This document shows, one piece after another, positions 1-7,945 of a DNA stretch of 20,000 nt. The stretch is from an uncultured virus (IMG/VR IMGVR_UViG_3300012271_000008) (lineage: Duplodnaviria > Heunggongvirae > Uroviricota > Caudoviricetes): IMG/VR virus record IMGVR_UViG_3300012271_000008, positions 54,713 through 74,712 of that record; one strand, written 5' to 3'. The translations under genes and the position numbers were made by a program. How positions within the stretch are numbered: position 1 is the first letter of the stretch; every line of letters starts with the position of its first letter. Under the pieces are notes generated by a model. That model saw nothing but the letters and a program-made list of their open reading frames with translations, did no database searches and was not told where the DNA came from.

Positions 1-46
1 TTAAAAAAAATAAATCAAATTTAAGGTATTAAAACAAGAAAAAACA

Positions 47-328
47 ATGAACAAAGTAACACGTAAAAAGAGATATTCATCTCCAGATGAAGTGATTAGA
101 TCACTATCAACTAAAAATGATGTAAGAATTGTATCTGCAAAAGATGGCAATCAAATTGTAAGAGTACTATCTAATAGTGCTAGAGGTAGAAAAAATGATC
201 TAGGTAATAGTAGTCTTGGAAAAATAGACTATTTAACAAATCATTGTGGTAACAAATTTACTAAACAAATAGTAGATAAGTTTGAACCAAAAAAGCCTTT
301 TAAAAAGAAATACCCTACAACAAGGTAA
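47..328 (+). CDS. hypothetical basic phage protein (93 aa)
   Basis: ORF with A-rich upstream region, followed by a strong hairpin; no recognisable motif. Confidence 0.7.
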   Translation: MNKVTRKKRYSSPDEVIRSLSTKNDVRIVSAKDGNQIVRVLSNSARGRKNDLGNSSLGKIDYLTNHCGNKFTKQIVDKFEPKKPFKKKYPTTR

Positions 329-330
329 TT

Positions 331-372
331 AAGTAAATACTACTGTGTAGAAATATGCAGTAGTATACTTTT
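331..372 (+). terminator. stem-loop, probable intrinsic terminator or RNA-processing hairpin
   Basis: 13-bp stem ATACTACTGTGTA (337-349) / TATGCAGTAGTAT (354-366) with 2 GU pairs and a GAAA tetraloop, extended by AAGT/ACTT; short T run follows. Confidence 0.55.
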
Positions 373-381
373 AAAATATCA

Positions 382-495
382 ATGAGATTAAAATTAAAAT
401 TGTTTTATTTATTCAGATTGAATAAAATTACAAAGAATTTAATAAAAAATGGAGTAGTATCCAAAAGAGACCTAATAAAAATTAACAAGAAATGA
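382..495 (+). CDS. small basic protein (37 aa, MRLKLKLFYLFRLNKITKNLIKNGVVSKRDLIKINKK), not in ORF track
   Basis: Fills the intergenic gap; its TGA overlaps the next ATG as ATGA (492-495), typical of translational coupling. Confidence 0.5.
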   Translation: MRLKLKLFYLFRLNKITKNLIKNGVVSKRDLIKINKK

Positions 496-1220
496 ACAAA
501 TTAAAAATTGGATTAGTAACAAATATGACTGTAAGAAGTCATGTAGGCATGGGAATTGCTTATGTAAGATTTTGTGAAGAAATAGCAAGAAGAGCCGAAA
601 AAACATTAAATTTAGTATTAATACATCATACTAATGATTTTATTAAAGACTTAGACATTTTAATATTACCTGGTGGAGCTGACGTAGATCCTGCACTTTA
701 TGATGAAGAATTATCTTCATTAGTAGGTCGTTTAGATCCACAGAGAGACTTTTTTACTAGAAATGTATTACCATTATATGTTGAGAGTAAAACGCCTATA
801 TTTGGCATTTGTAGAGGTCATCAAGAATTAGCTGCTCATTTTGGTATGAAGCTTATTCAAGATAAGATAGAACCTTTGTCTGAATATGTATTTGGAGCAG
901 TTATAGAAAAAGTGGAATTAAAGAATTTCTTTAATACTCATGCTTCTGGTGCTAAAAAAGGAGAATACATATTAATAAAAGATGAAAGAGTTAATCACAT
1001 TATGGATGTTAATTCTAGACATCATCAATGTGTTAAAGTTTGTGACACTGAAAAAGCAGTTGTAACAGCAGCTCTAGGTAAAATTGATTCTGGTAGAATA
1101 GAAGCAATGGAATATATAGGTTATCCTATAGTGTCTGTACAATGGCATCCTGAAATTTTGTTTGATACATATACTATGAGATCAATTGAATTACTACTAG
1201 AATATGAAAAAAAAGATTAA
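492..1220 (+). CDS. class I glutamine amidotransferase, peptidase C26 / PuuD-like gamma-glutamyl hydrolase
   Basis: PGGADVDP oxyanion strand, GICRGHQ nucleophile elbow, VNSRHHQ, VQWHPE (Cys-His-Glu triad). Confidence 0.92.
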   Translation: MNKLKIGLVTNMTVRSHVGMGIAYVRFCEEIARRAEKTLNLVLIHHTNDFIKDLDILILPGGADVDPALYDEELSSLVGRLDPQRDFFTRNVLPLYVESKTPIFGICRGHQELAAHFGMKLIQDKIEPLSEYVFGAVIEKVELKNFFNTHASGAKKGEYILIKDERVNHIMDVNSRHHQCVKVCDTEKAVVTAALGKIDSGRIEAMEYIGYPIVSVQWHPEILFDTYTMRSIELLLEYEKKD

Positions 1221-1275
1221 AATAGTAAAGATTATTAATTTTGAGTATTACTCAAGATTTGGAGCACCTTTTTAA
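1204..1275 (+). CDS. possible 23-aa peptide (MKKKIKIVKIINFEYYSRFGAPF)
   Basis: Short ORF overlapping the end of the upstream gene; too short to be sure. Confidence 0.3.
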   Translation: MKKKIKIVKIINFEYYSRFGAPF

Positions 1276-1309
1276 GGTAGGATCAAAGCCGTGAGAACCT
1301 AATTCTCAA

Positions 1310-1380
1310 GAACACACATAGCTTAATGGTAAAAGCATTTTTTAAAAAAGATTATGGTTCGATTCCATGTGTGTTCGCTA
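1310..1380 (+). tRNA. tRNA-like element with collapsed anticodon arm (pseudo-tRNA)
   Basis: Acceptor GAACACA/TGTGTTC; D arm GCTT-AATGGTAA-AAGC; T arm TATGG-TTCGATT-CCATG; anticodon region reduced to TTTTTTAAAAAAG; ends G-CTA. Confidence 0.65.
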
Positions 1381-1655
1381 TGTATAGTAAAATAGAAGGA
1401 AAAGAAGGTGAATATTTAAAAGAAGTAAATGATTTGTTTGAAAATAATGGGATAGATGATTTTATAATTGATCATGATGATTATGTAGAAAAATCAGTTA
1501 AAAACCAGAAACCTATAAGAGGTTTTTATTTTTGTACAAATAATAGAGAAATTAATATTCAATTGGAAGAGATAAATACTCTAAGAATGGACGTTTTTAA
1601 AGGAATGTGTGCAGTAAAATGTTTAAAAGAAGTAGAAAATGTATTACCGTTTTAA
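1380..1655 (+). CDS. hypothetical protein; start revised to ATG at 1380 (MYSKIEG...)
   Basis: The ORF-track N-terminus (1326-1379) lies inside the tRNA-like element; C-terminal motif shared with 1931..2260. Confidence 0.6.
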   Translation: MYSKIEGKEGEYLKEVNDLFENNGIDDFIIDHDDYVEKSVKNQKPIRGFYFCTNNREINIQLEEINTLRMDVFKGMCAVKCLKEVENVLPF

Positions 1656-1953
1656 ATTAAGATCAAAAATATTTTTAGTATTGTTATCAATATTAACATT
1701 TATATTAACAATAAGTTTTATTGTTAAAAATTACGAGAATTTACAATTTTTAGTAATGTTTTTTATAATTATTATTTTTGTCTTAATATATCAAGGATTA
1801 ATAATAAGTAGTAAACTTACTCAATTTAATTTAGGATTTGAGGATTGTAAAAGAAATAAAAGTAAAAAGAAATTAATAATAGATGAAGATTATCATTTAG
1901 GTTATAATTTCTATATAAACAAAATGTTTAATGAACAAAATAGAAAAAAATAA
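1639..1953 (+). CDS. small membrane protein with two predicted TM helices
   Basis: Two long hydrophobic stretches (IFLVLLSILTFILTISFIV; FLVMFFIIIIFVLIYQGLII). Confidence 0.65.
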   Translation: MYYRFKLRSKIFLVLLSILTFILTISFIVKNYENLQFLVMFFIIIIFVLIYQGLIISSKLTQFNLGFEDCKRNKSKKKLIIDEDYHLGYNFYINKMFNEQNRKK

Positions 1954-2260
1954 AAAAAATGTTATAACAAGTCATAAAGGTATTGTTAACTTTTATGCAG
2001 GCCATTATGATACACTTTTAAAAAATCATTTTGAAGTAAAATCTTGTATTATACCTAAAATGGAATTAGGTTTTAAAAAAGCAAATGATGGCGAATCTAC
2101 TTTTGTTTTTCATAGTAGGCAAGGAAGAGAATTTACAATTAAATTTGATTTTCCTAAAAAATTACCTCTTAAACTGGTAAAAGCTTTTGCAGCTGTAGAA
2201 TGTTTAAAAAATGTTCAATCTGTTATTATGAATGATTACTATCATAATAACATTTATTAA
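1931..2260 (+). CDS. hypothetical protein, partial paralog of 1380..1655
   Basis: C-terminal VKAFAAVECLKNVQSVI resembles FKGMCAVKCLKEVENVL. Confidence 0.7.
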   Translation: MNKIEKNKKNVITSHKGIVNFYAGHYDTLLKNHFEVKSCIIPKMELGFKKANDGESTFVFHSRQGREFTIKFDFPKKLPLKLVKAFAAVECLKNVQSVIMNDYYHNNIY

Positions 2261-2264
2261 AATA

Positions 2265-2339
2265 TCCCTATACTCCATACAAGGTATGTGAGTGGGAAGG
2301 TTGGTATGACTCTATTACAGTACCTTAAACTGTAAGAGT
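2265..2339 (+). ncRNA. candidate structured intergenic RNA with two hairpins
   Basis: Hairpin 1: TCCC..ACTC-CATAC-AAG-GTATG-T-GAGT-GGGA (2265-2297). Hairpin 2: ACTC..TTACAGT-ACCTTAA-ACTGTAA-GAGT (2309-2339). Confidence 0.35.
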
Positions 2340-2386
2340 AATTATTCTATACGTTAATTAAAATCCTAGTATAGTAGGTAAACAAC

Positions 2387-2608
2387 ATGTATTTAATTAT
2401 ATTTGAAAATCACCTTAAAAGAGTTTGGAAACAATTTGGTAACTATCACAGAAGATTCTATTGGAAGCCTGGTCAATATCAATATTGCCAGCAAGGTAAA
2501 AGAATCTTGTGTAGAAAAGAAGTCCAAGAAGATAGAACTCTATTTTTTAATGCTATAACAGGCGAAGAAGTTATTTTAACTAAAGAAGCAACAGTAGAAG
2601 CAATATGA
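2387..2608 (+). CDS. hypothetical protein (73 aa)
   Basis: ORF with ATGA coupling to the next gene. Confidence 0.6.
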   Translation: MYLIIFENHLKRVWKQFGNYHRRFYWKPGQYQYCQQGKRILCRKEVQEDRTLFFNAITGEEVILTKEATVEAI

Positions 2609-2847
2609 GAGTAATATCAATTGAAGACATTAAATGGTCTTTAGATCTTAAAAAAAGATTTAGTAATTATCCTAAGCTACCTAATGCTTTAGTTCAACAG
2701 TGTTTTACTGGTGGAGATTTAGAACATGGTAGAGTTGAAAGAGAATATAGAGGGAGTCACATCTCAATATATTCTTTTCAAAGAAGACTCAGAAATTGGG
2801 AGAATAATTATCAAATGCAATCAATAAATAATTTAAACAAAAGATAG
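2605..2847 (+). CDS. hypothetical protein (80 aa)
   Basis: Tightly packed ORF in the operon. Confidence 0.6.
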   Translation: MRVISIEDIKWSLDLKKRFSNYPKLPNALVQQCFTGGDLEHGRVEREYRGSHISIYSFQRRLRNWENNYQMQSINNLNKR

Positions 2848-2848
2848 T

Positions 2849-3265
2849 ATGAAAAAAAGATCATTATATTTTGAAAACAAATCTAAGTTTAAAAAAGTAA
2901 AAATTGCTAGAAAAGTAAAAGCTCCTAAGCCTGGAAATCCTAATGCAGCTAAGTTTAACCCTCCTATAAAAAGTACATATCTTCAAAATTATTTTTTAGA
3001 TGAAAATTGTCCAAGAACTTCTGAAGAAAATGGAAATTTAAAAGTATTTTCAACTGGAATTCCTAACAGAGCCACAAGAAAATCAATGATGGGTCAAGCT
3101 AAGATGCCTAATTCTGGAAACAGAAAAATGACTAGAGGTAGAAAAAAAACCTATTTAATGGTTAATAAATTCATAAAAGTTAAAAAAATAACTAAAAATG
3201 GATTTAAAATTTTTTACAAAAAAGTTCAAGTAAGTTTAATTCACGTTTATAACAAATTTAGATAA
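2849..3265 (+). CDS. highly basic hypothetical protein
   Basis: Lys/Arg-rich 138-aa ORF with TAATG coupling to the next gene. Confidence 0.7.
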   Translation: MKKRSLYFENKSKFKKVKIARKVKAPKPGNPNAAKFNPPIKSTYLQNYFLDENCPRTSEENGNLKVFSTGIPNRATRKSMMGQAKMPNSGNRKMTRGRKKTYLMVNKFIKVKKITKNGFKIFYKKVQVSLIHVYNKFR

Positions 3266-3573
3266 TGAGAAAAAAAGAACAAGTAGTAAATCAAGAAAAA
3301 GTGTATTTCTTTTATGGTAAAAGAGGTAAAAATCAAATAACTTTAGGAGGAATAGTTAACCCTAAAGATAATACTAAAATGACTATTGGTCTTGCACAAT
3401 GTCATAAAAATGATGTCTTTAAAAAAGAAAAAGCAAGAATGATTGTAACAGGTAGAGCTGTGACTCATTTAGAAAATAGGGATAATAGAGAAAATGAATC
3501 TATGCAGATAAATATAAACCCTAAAAATCCTGGAAGAGAGTTTTCTGCATTTGCACAAGCATACTGTGATTAA
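3265..3573 (+). CDS. hypothetical phage protein with G-x-A-x-C-x3-D-x-F-x9-RA-like motif
   Basis: IGLAQCHKNDVFKKEKARMIVTGRA resembles a motif common in small phage proteins; function unknown. Confidence 0.7.
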   Translation: MRKKEQVVNQEKVYFFYGKRGKNQITLGGIVNPKDNTKMTIGLAQCHKNDVFKKEKARMIVTGRAVTHLENRDNRENESMQININPKNPGREFSAFAQAYCD

Positions 3574-3595
3574 ACATTTTTATAAATTATAATAT

Positions 3596-3620
3596 AGGGG
3601 ATTAATTTCCCCTTTATTTT
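3596..3620 (+). terminator. intrinsic terminator
   Basis: AGGGGA-TTAATT-TCCCCT stem-loop followed by TTATTTT. Confidence 0.65.
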
Positions 3621-3713
3621 GGTCAATTAAACTCATTGGTAGAGTTCTAGACTTTAAGTGATTAAGTTCACCCAAATCCTGAGTAATAAGTTCGATTCTT
3701 ATATTGACTGCTA
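3621..3713 (+). tRNA. tRNA-like element, possibly Trp(CCA)-derived, with an 18-nt insertion in the anticodon loop
   Basis: Acceptor GGTCAAT/ATTGACT with G discriminator; D arm ACTC-ATTGGTA-GAGT; T arm ATAAG-TTCGATT-CTTAT; anticodon region CTAGA-CT-[TTAAGTGATTAAGTTCAC]-CCA-AA-TCCTG pairs poorly; ends G-CTA. Confidence 0.65.
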
Positions 3714-3725
3714 TTATTTAATATT

Positions 3726-4262
3726 ATGAATATAATTAATTTTAAAGTAATAGCTATACTAACACTAATAACAATTAGTGGATTTTGTATAACACCTACA
3801 AAGGTTGTGGAAAAACCTGTAGTTATAGAAATCCTATGTGAAGAAGATACTTACATAGAAGAAAAAGAAAACATATTTAATTTAATTGACAAATACTGTG
3901 CAAAATACAATGTATGTAATGCCGTAGTATATCAAATAGGATTAAACGAATCTGGATGGCCTAACCCTAATAACTTAGAATATACTCAAAAAGTATGGGA
4001 TTGTGGTGCATTTAGTTATGGTGATATGCAAATATGGGAACCAACTCGTAAAAGTATGTTTAAAAAACTTAATTTAAGTGATACAACTAGAGAAAACTGT
4101 TTGCACGCTAGCATATATTATTTACATTTAAAATATGTAAAATATGGCAGTTGGTATAAAGCTAGATTTGCTTACGGTAGAGGAAGTTGGAGACCAGAAA
4201 ATACTTGGAAACCAATAGAAAAAAGATTTATGAACAAACACAACTGGAAACAATATGACTAA
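3726..4262 (+). CDS. lytic transglycosylase (SLT/lysozyme-like) with N-terminal signal or TM anchor
   Basis: Catalytic ES motif (IGLNESG), YGDMQI (GLMQ-like), FAYGRG (AYNxG-like), hydrophobic N-terminus. Confidence 0.75.
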   Translation: MNIINFKVIAILTLITISGFCITPTKVVEKPVVIEILCEEDTYIEEKENIFNLIDKYCAKYNVCNAVVYQIGLNESGWPNPNNLEYTQKVWDCGAFSYGDMQIWEPTRKSMFKKLNLSDTTRENCLHASIYYLHLKYVKYGSWYKARFAYGRGSWRPENTWKPIEKRFMNKHNWKQYD

Positions 4263-4267
4263 TAAAA

Positions 4268-4879
4268 ATGAAGATAACTAAAAATAAAGTTTTTTCTAAT
4301 AGAAGTTTTAACAATAAAATATATTACAAGACTCATAAAAATGCACCAAAATATGGTGCAGAGTCTTGTTTTTCATTTTTAAATTTAAACTCAAACTATT
4401 TAAAAATTGAATTACACAAACATTCTGATATTACAAGAAAAGAATTCTTAGAATATTTAAGAAAAATGAAATTAATTTTTAAAGATTTAGAATACAAAAA
4501 AGAAAAAAAGAAATATTATTTAATTATGGGTAGTTCTTTATTACCTAAAGGTACTTTAAATTCTAAAAAAAAAACTCTTGCAATTCTAACAATAATTAGA
4601 TTTTTATGGGAAAGCCATGGAGATTGTTATTCTGTTTCTTTTATTAAAGAATTTGTAAATGATAATCGTAGAATAGAAACTATGATTAAATTTTCAGAAG
4701 CATTCAATAATAATAAAGATAAAATCTATTATTCTTCAGGACATGGTATAGATAGCCTCAATAATAAATCAAAAGGAATAGTAATTCAAACTTCTAAAGA
4801 ATTTTTTAGTAAAGATAAAGATAGTGTGACAGGTTATTTTGCAAGAAAAGAATCTAAATTTAAACCAAAAGCAATATGA
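4268..4879 (+). CDS. hypothetical protein (203 aa)
   Basis: Long ORF with ATGA coupling to the amidotransferase. Confidence 0.75.
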   Translation: MKITKNKVFSNRSFNNKIYYKTHKNAPKYGAESCFSFLNLNSNYLKIELHKHSDITRKEFLEYLRKMKLIFKDLEYKKEKKKYYLIMGSSLLPKGTLNSKKKTLAILTIIRFLWESHGDCYSVSFIKEFVNDNRRIETMIKFSEAFNNNKDKIYYSSGHGIDSLNNKSKGIVIQTSKEFFSKDKDSVTGYFARKESKFKPKAI

Positions 4880-5484
4880 AAAAAGTATATGTAATAGGAA
4901 ATGCAGTAAATTATGCTGAATTTTTAAAAGATTTTGAACTAACTAATGATTCAAAATCAGCAGATCTTATAATTTTAACAGGAGGAGAGGATGTAAGTCC
5001 TGAACTTTATGAAGAAGATTCTCATCCACATACAGGAAACAATCCTGTAAGAGATGCTAGTGAAATAAATTCTTGGAATAAAATAAAACAAGAAAATCCT
5101 GATGTTTTAACTATGGGTATATGTAGAGGGTCTCAATTGGGATGTGTGTTGTCAGGTGGAAAACTTGTACAACATATGAATCATCCTTATATGCACAAAG
5201 TTTCTACACCAGAAGGTAAAGATTATGAAGTAACTAGTACCCATCATCAAATGCAATATCCTTTTAATCTTAATGAAAAAGATTATGAAATTAAAGCTTA
5301 TTGTAAAATAACAGGTAGTACTTATGCAGAAGGAGTTCCAGCAGGTATGGAAAAACCTCCTGTAGATCCTGAAATAGTATTTTATAATAAAACTAAAATA
5401 TTAGCAATACAAGGTCATCCTGAAATGGTTCCTAACAGTGAATTTGCTTTAGAAGTAAATAATCTGGTTAATAGTCTTATTTAA
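4876..5484 (+). CDS. second class I glutamine amidotransferase (peptidase C26-like)
   Basis: TGGEDVSP, GICRGSQ, STHHQ and IQGHPE motifs. Confidence 0.92.
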   Translation: MKKVYVIGNAVNYAEFLKDFELTNDSKSADLIILTGGEDVSPELYEEDSHPHTGNNPVRDASEINSWNKIKQENPDVLTMGICRGSQLGCVLSGGKLVQHMNHPYMHKVSTPEGKDYEVTSTHHQMQYPFNLNEKDYEIKAYCKITGSTYAEGVPAGMEKPPVDPEIVFYNKTKILAIQGHPEMVPNSEFALEVNNLVNSLI

Positions 5485-7496
5485 TGAACTATATAGTAAC
5501 TAAAAATCCTCAATTTTTTAAAAAGATTGGGGATTATAATTACTGTGCATTAGAAGATTTAAATTTAAAATCTACAATAGCTGTAGATAGTGAAACTACA
5601 GGATTAGATTGGAAAACAGAAGATATGTTTTGCATTCAAATAGGAACAGGAGAAGATAATTACATTATAGATTTTTATACATCTGAAAATGCTTATACTT
5701 TTTCTGATGTTATACCGTATTTAAAAAATAGAGAACAAATATATCATAATGCTAATTTTGATTTAGGTTTTTGTTATAAGTATGGTTATTATCCTGATAA
5801 AGTTGGTGATACTTTTTTACAAAGTAAATTATTAACTAACGGAATTCCTTCTTTTATCCAAGGAAATGATTTTGGATCTGTAATGGAAAGAGTATTGCAT
5901 ATTAAATATGATAAGCAAGACCAAAAAACTATTAATGTAATTAAATTATCTACTAAAGAATCAATACAATATTGTTTTAATGATGTAGATAAGTTAATTG
6001 AATTGCATACTGTTCAAAATAAAATAATTGATGCTAAAGGTATGAGTGTAACTTATAATGTTCATAAAAACTATGTATTAGCTATAACTTATGTTGAACA
6101 ATGTGGGGCACCAATAGATGCAGATAGATTAAAAGTTAAAATTAAAATAGATTTAAAAAAATTAAAAAAATCTGAACAAATAGTAAAGAATTACATTTTA
6201 GATAATTTGTCTAGTAAATTTCATGTTCAACAACATAATATTTTTAATATTGTTAAATTAGGAGTTTCATTATCATCTCCAATACAAATGGTTCCAGTTT
6301 TTGAAGAAATGGGAATTAATGTATTAGATAAAGATAATAAAAAATCTATTAACAAAGATGTTATTAATAAATCTAAACATGAATTTCTAACAATTTGGAA
6401 AGATTATCAAGATGCTAAACAACAAGTTAATTCTTATGGTCAAAATTTATTAGATCAATTAATTGATGGAAGAGGTTATAGTTCTTATAATCAAATGTTA
6501 GATACTGCTAGAATATCAACTAGAAGTAAAACTTTTAGTAGTCTTACTTTACCTGCAACTGAAGAAATGAGAGCATGTATTAAAGCCAAAGAAGGTTATG
6601 ATATTATATGTGCTGATTATGCTGGTCAAGAAAATGTTGTTACAGCAGATCTTACCAGAGATAATGCTATGTTAGAATCTATATGGAAAGATTTAGATTT
6701 ACATTGTGCTTTTGCTAGAATGATTTTTCCTGAATTAAAAGATTTACCTGACAATATTATCATGGAAAAATTTAGTAAGGAAAGAAAATATAGTAAAGCT
6801 CCTAGATTTGCATTTGCTTATGGAGGTTCAGCTTACACTATACATGTAAATCAAGGTATACCTTTAGAAGAAGCTGAAAAACTTGAAAAGCTTTTTAAAG
6901 AACTTCACGCAGGTATATACAAAAAAGGTGATGAAACATATGCTGAAGCAATAAGAGTTGGTTACATAACTTCTGCAGGAGGTTTTAGACTTCATTTATC
7001 TTCTTATAAAAGATTTAAAGCTTTAAGATTTGAAAATGAAATGTATACTGATTTAGATTGGGAACAATATAATGCTGGTAAAGAAGAACATATTAGATCT
7101 ATAGAAGAAGGAGATGATTATAAAATAGGTAATGTATTAGCTTATAGAAAATATAGAGACATGAAACCTGTAGTTTCTGAATTTGCTAAGTTAAAAGGAG
7201 ATTATATGAGATTATGTCTCAATAATCCTTCTCAAACAACTGCAGCTCATCAAACAAAAACTGCTGCAGCTATGTTATTTAACGAAATTAAGAAAAATAA
7301 TCATTTAGGGAGAGTATTAATATGTATTATACCTCATGATGAATTTGTTTTAGAGTGTGAAAAATCTTTATCCAATAAATACAAAACTATATTAGAAGAT
7401 TGTATGAAAAAAGGAGGAGATTATTTTTTAAAAAGTAAAGATTTAACTATGAAAGCTGATGCCAATGTAAAAGATGATTGGTGGTTAGCTAAATAA
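5484..7496 (+). CDS. polA: family A DNA polymerase with 3'-5' exonuclease, no 5' nuclease
   Basis: ExoI DSETTGLD, ExoII HNANFDL, ExoIII YCFNDV, motif A ADYAGQE, DLH, motif B RKYSKAPRFAFAYGG, motif C IPHDE. Confidence 0.95.
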   Translation: MNYIVTKNPQFFKKIGDYNYCALEDLNLKSTIAVDSETTGLDWKTEDMFCIQIGTGEDNYIIDFYTSENAYTFSDVIPYLKNREQIYHNANFDLGFCYKYGYYPDKVGDTFLQSKLLTNGIPSFIQGNDFGSVMERVLHIKYDKQDQKTINVIKLSTKESIQYCFNDVDKLIELHTVQNKIIDAKGMSVTYNVHKNYVLAITYVEQCGAPIDADRLKVKIKIDLKKLKKSEQIVKNYILDNLSSKFHVQQHNIFNIVKLGVSLSSPIQMVPVFEEMGINVLDKDNKKSINKDVINKSKHEFLTIWKDYQDAKQQVNSYGQNLLDQLIDGRGYSSYNQMLDTARISTRSKTFSSLTLPATEEMRACIKAKEGYDIICADYAGQENVVTADLTRDNAMLESIWKDLDLHCAFARMIFPELKDLPDNIIMEKFSKERKYSKAPRFAFAYGGSAYTIHVNQGIPLEEAEKLEKLFKELHAGIYKKGDETYAEAIRVGYITSAGGFRLHLSSYKRFKALRFENEMYTDLDWEQYNAGKEEHIRSIEEGDDYKIGNVLAYRKYRDMKPVVSEFAKLKGDYMRLCLNNPSQTTAAHQTKTAAAMLFNEIKKNNHLGRVLICIIPHDEFVLECEKSLSNKYKTILEDCMKKGGDYFLKSKDLTMKADANVKDDWWLAK

Positions 7497-7504
7497 ACAA
7501 GAAA

Positions 7505-7945
7505 ATGAAAAAATATAAATTAATAAAAGCATACCCTGGTAGTCCTAAATTAGGATACATTGTTGAAGCTAGTAATCATAGTATGTTTAAAAATCAAGCA
7601 TATTATCGAGGTGTAAGAATTAATAGCTCAAATAATCAAGAATTTTGGGAAGAAATAATTGAAAAACCTTTATTTACAACAGAAGATGGTGTTGATGTAT
7701 TTGAAAAACAAGAAGTTTTTGAACTTATTAATAATACAAAAATTTTTAGAATTACGTTTTTAAAATGTACTTCAATGACTGGTAAAAATAGTAGAAAATA
7801 TTTTTCAACTAAAGAAAAAGCTGAAAATTATATATTAATGAATAAACCTTGTTTATCTTTAAATGATGTATTTAATATGGGTGGTAAAAATAATTCTATA
7901 GCTTTTAAAAAAGGTCTTAAAGATATAGTAAAAAGTAAATTATGA
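7505..7945 (+). CDS. hypothetical protein of the MKKYKLIKxYPGSP family, paralog 1
   Basis: Shares YKLIKxYPGSP, EFWEEIIEK, TxDGxDxF and NKP motifs with the next ORF. Confidence 0.8.
   Translation: MKKYKLIKAYPGSPKLGYIVEASNHSMFKNQAYYRGVRINSSNNQEFWEEIIEKPLFTTEDGVDVFEKQEVFELINNTKIFRITFLKCTSMTGKNSRKYFSTKEKAENYILMNKPCLSLNDVFNMGGKNNSIAFKKGLKDIVKSKL

Noticed and set aside
1236..1243. TAATTTTG as a Bacteroidota -7 promoter upstream of the first tRNA-like element
   Set aside because: No -33 TTTG at the expected spacing, and such matches are frequent by chance in AT-rich DNA
1326..1379. N-terminal 18 codons of ORF 1326..1655
   Set aside because: They coincide with the D, T and acceptor arms of the tRNA-like element; ATG 1380 is the more likely start
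3652..3658. Functional ochre-suppressor tRNA (anticodon TTA)
   Set aside because: No anticodon stem closes the CTTTAAG loop and TAA is the dominant stop in the window; mentioned only as an alternative reading
6999..7208. Intein in the DNA polymerase
   Set aside because: The 70-aa insert is too short and lacks the C-terminal HN-(C/S/T) splice motif
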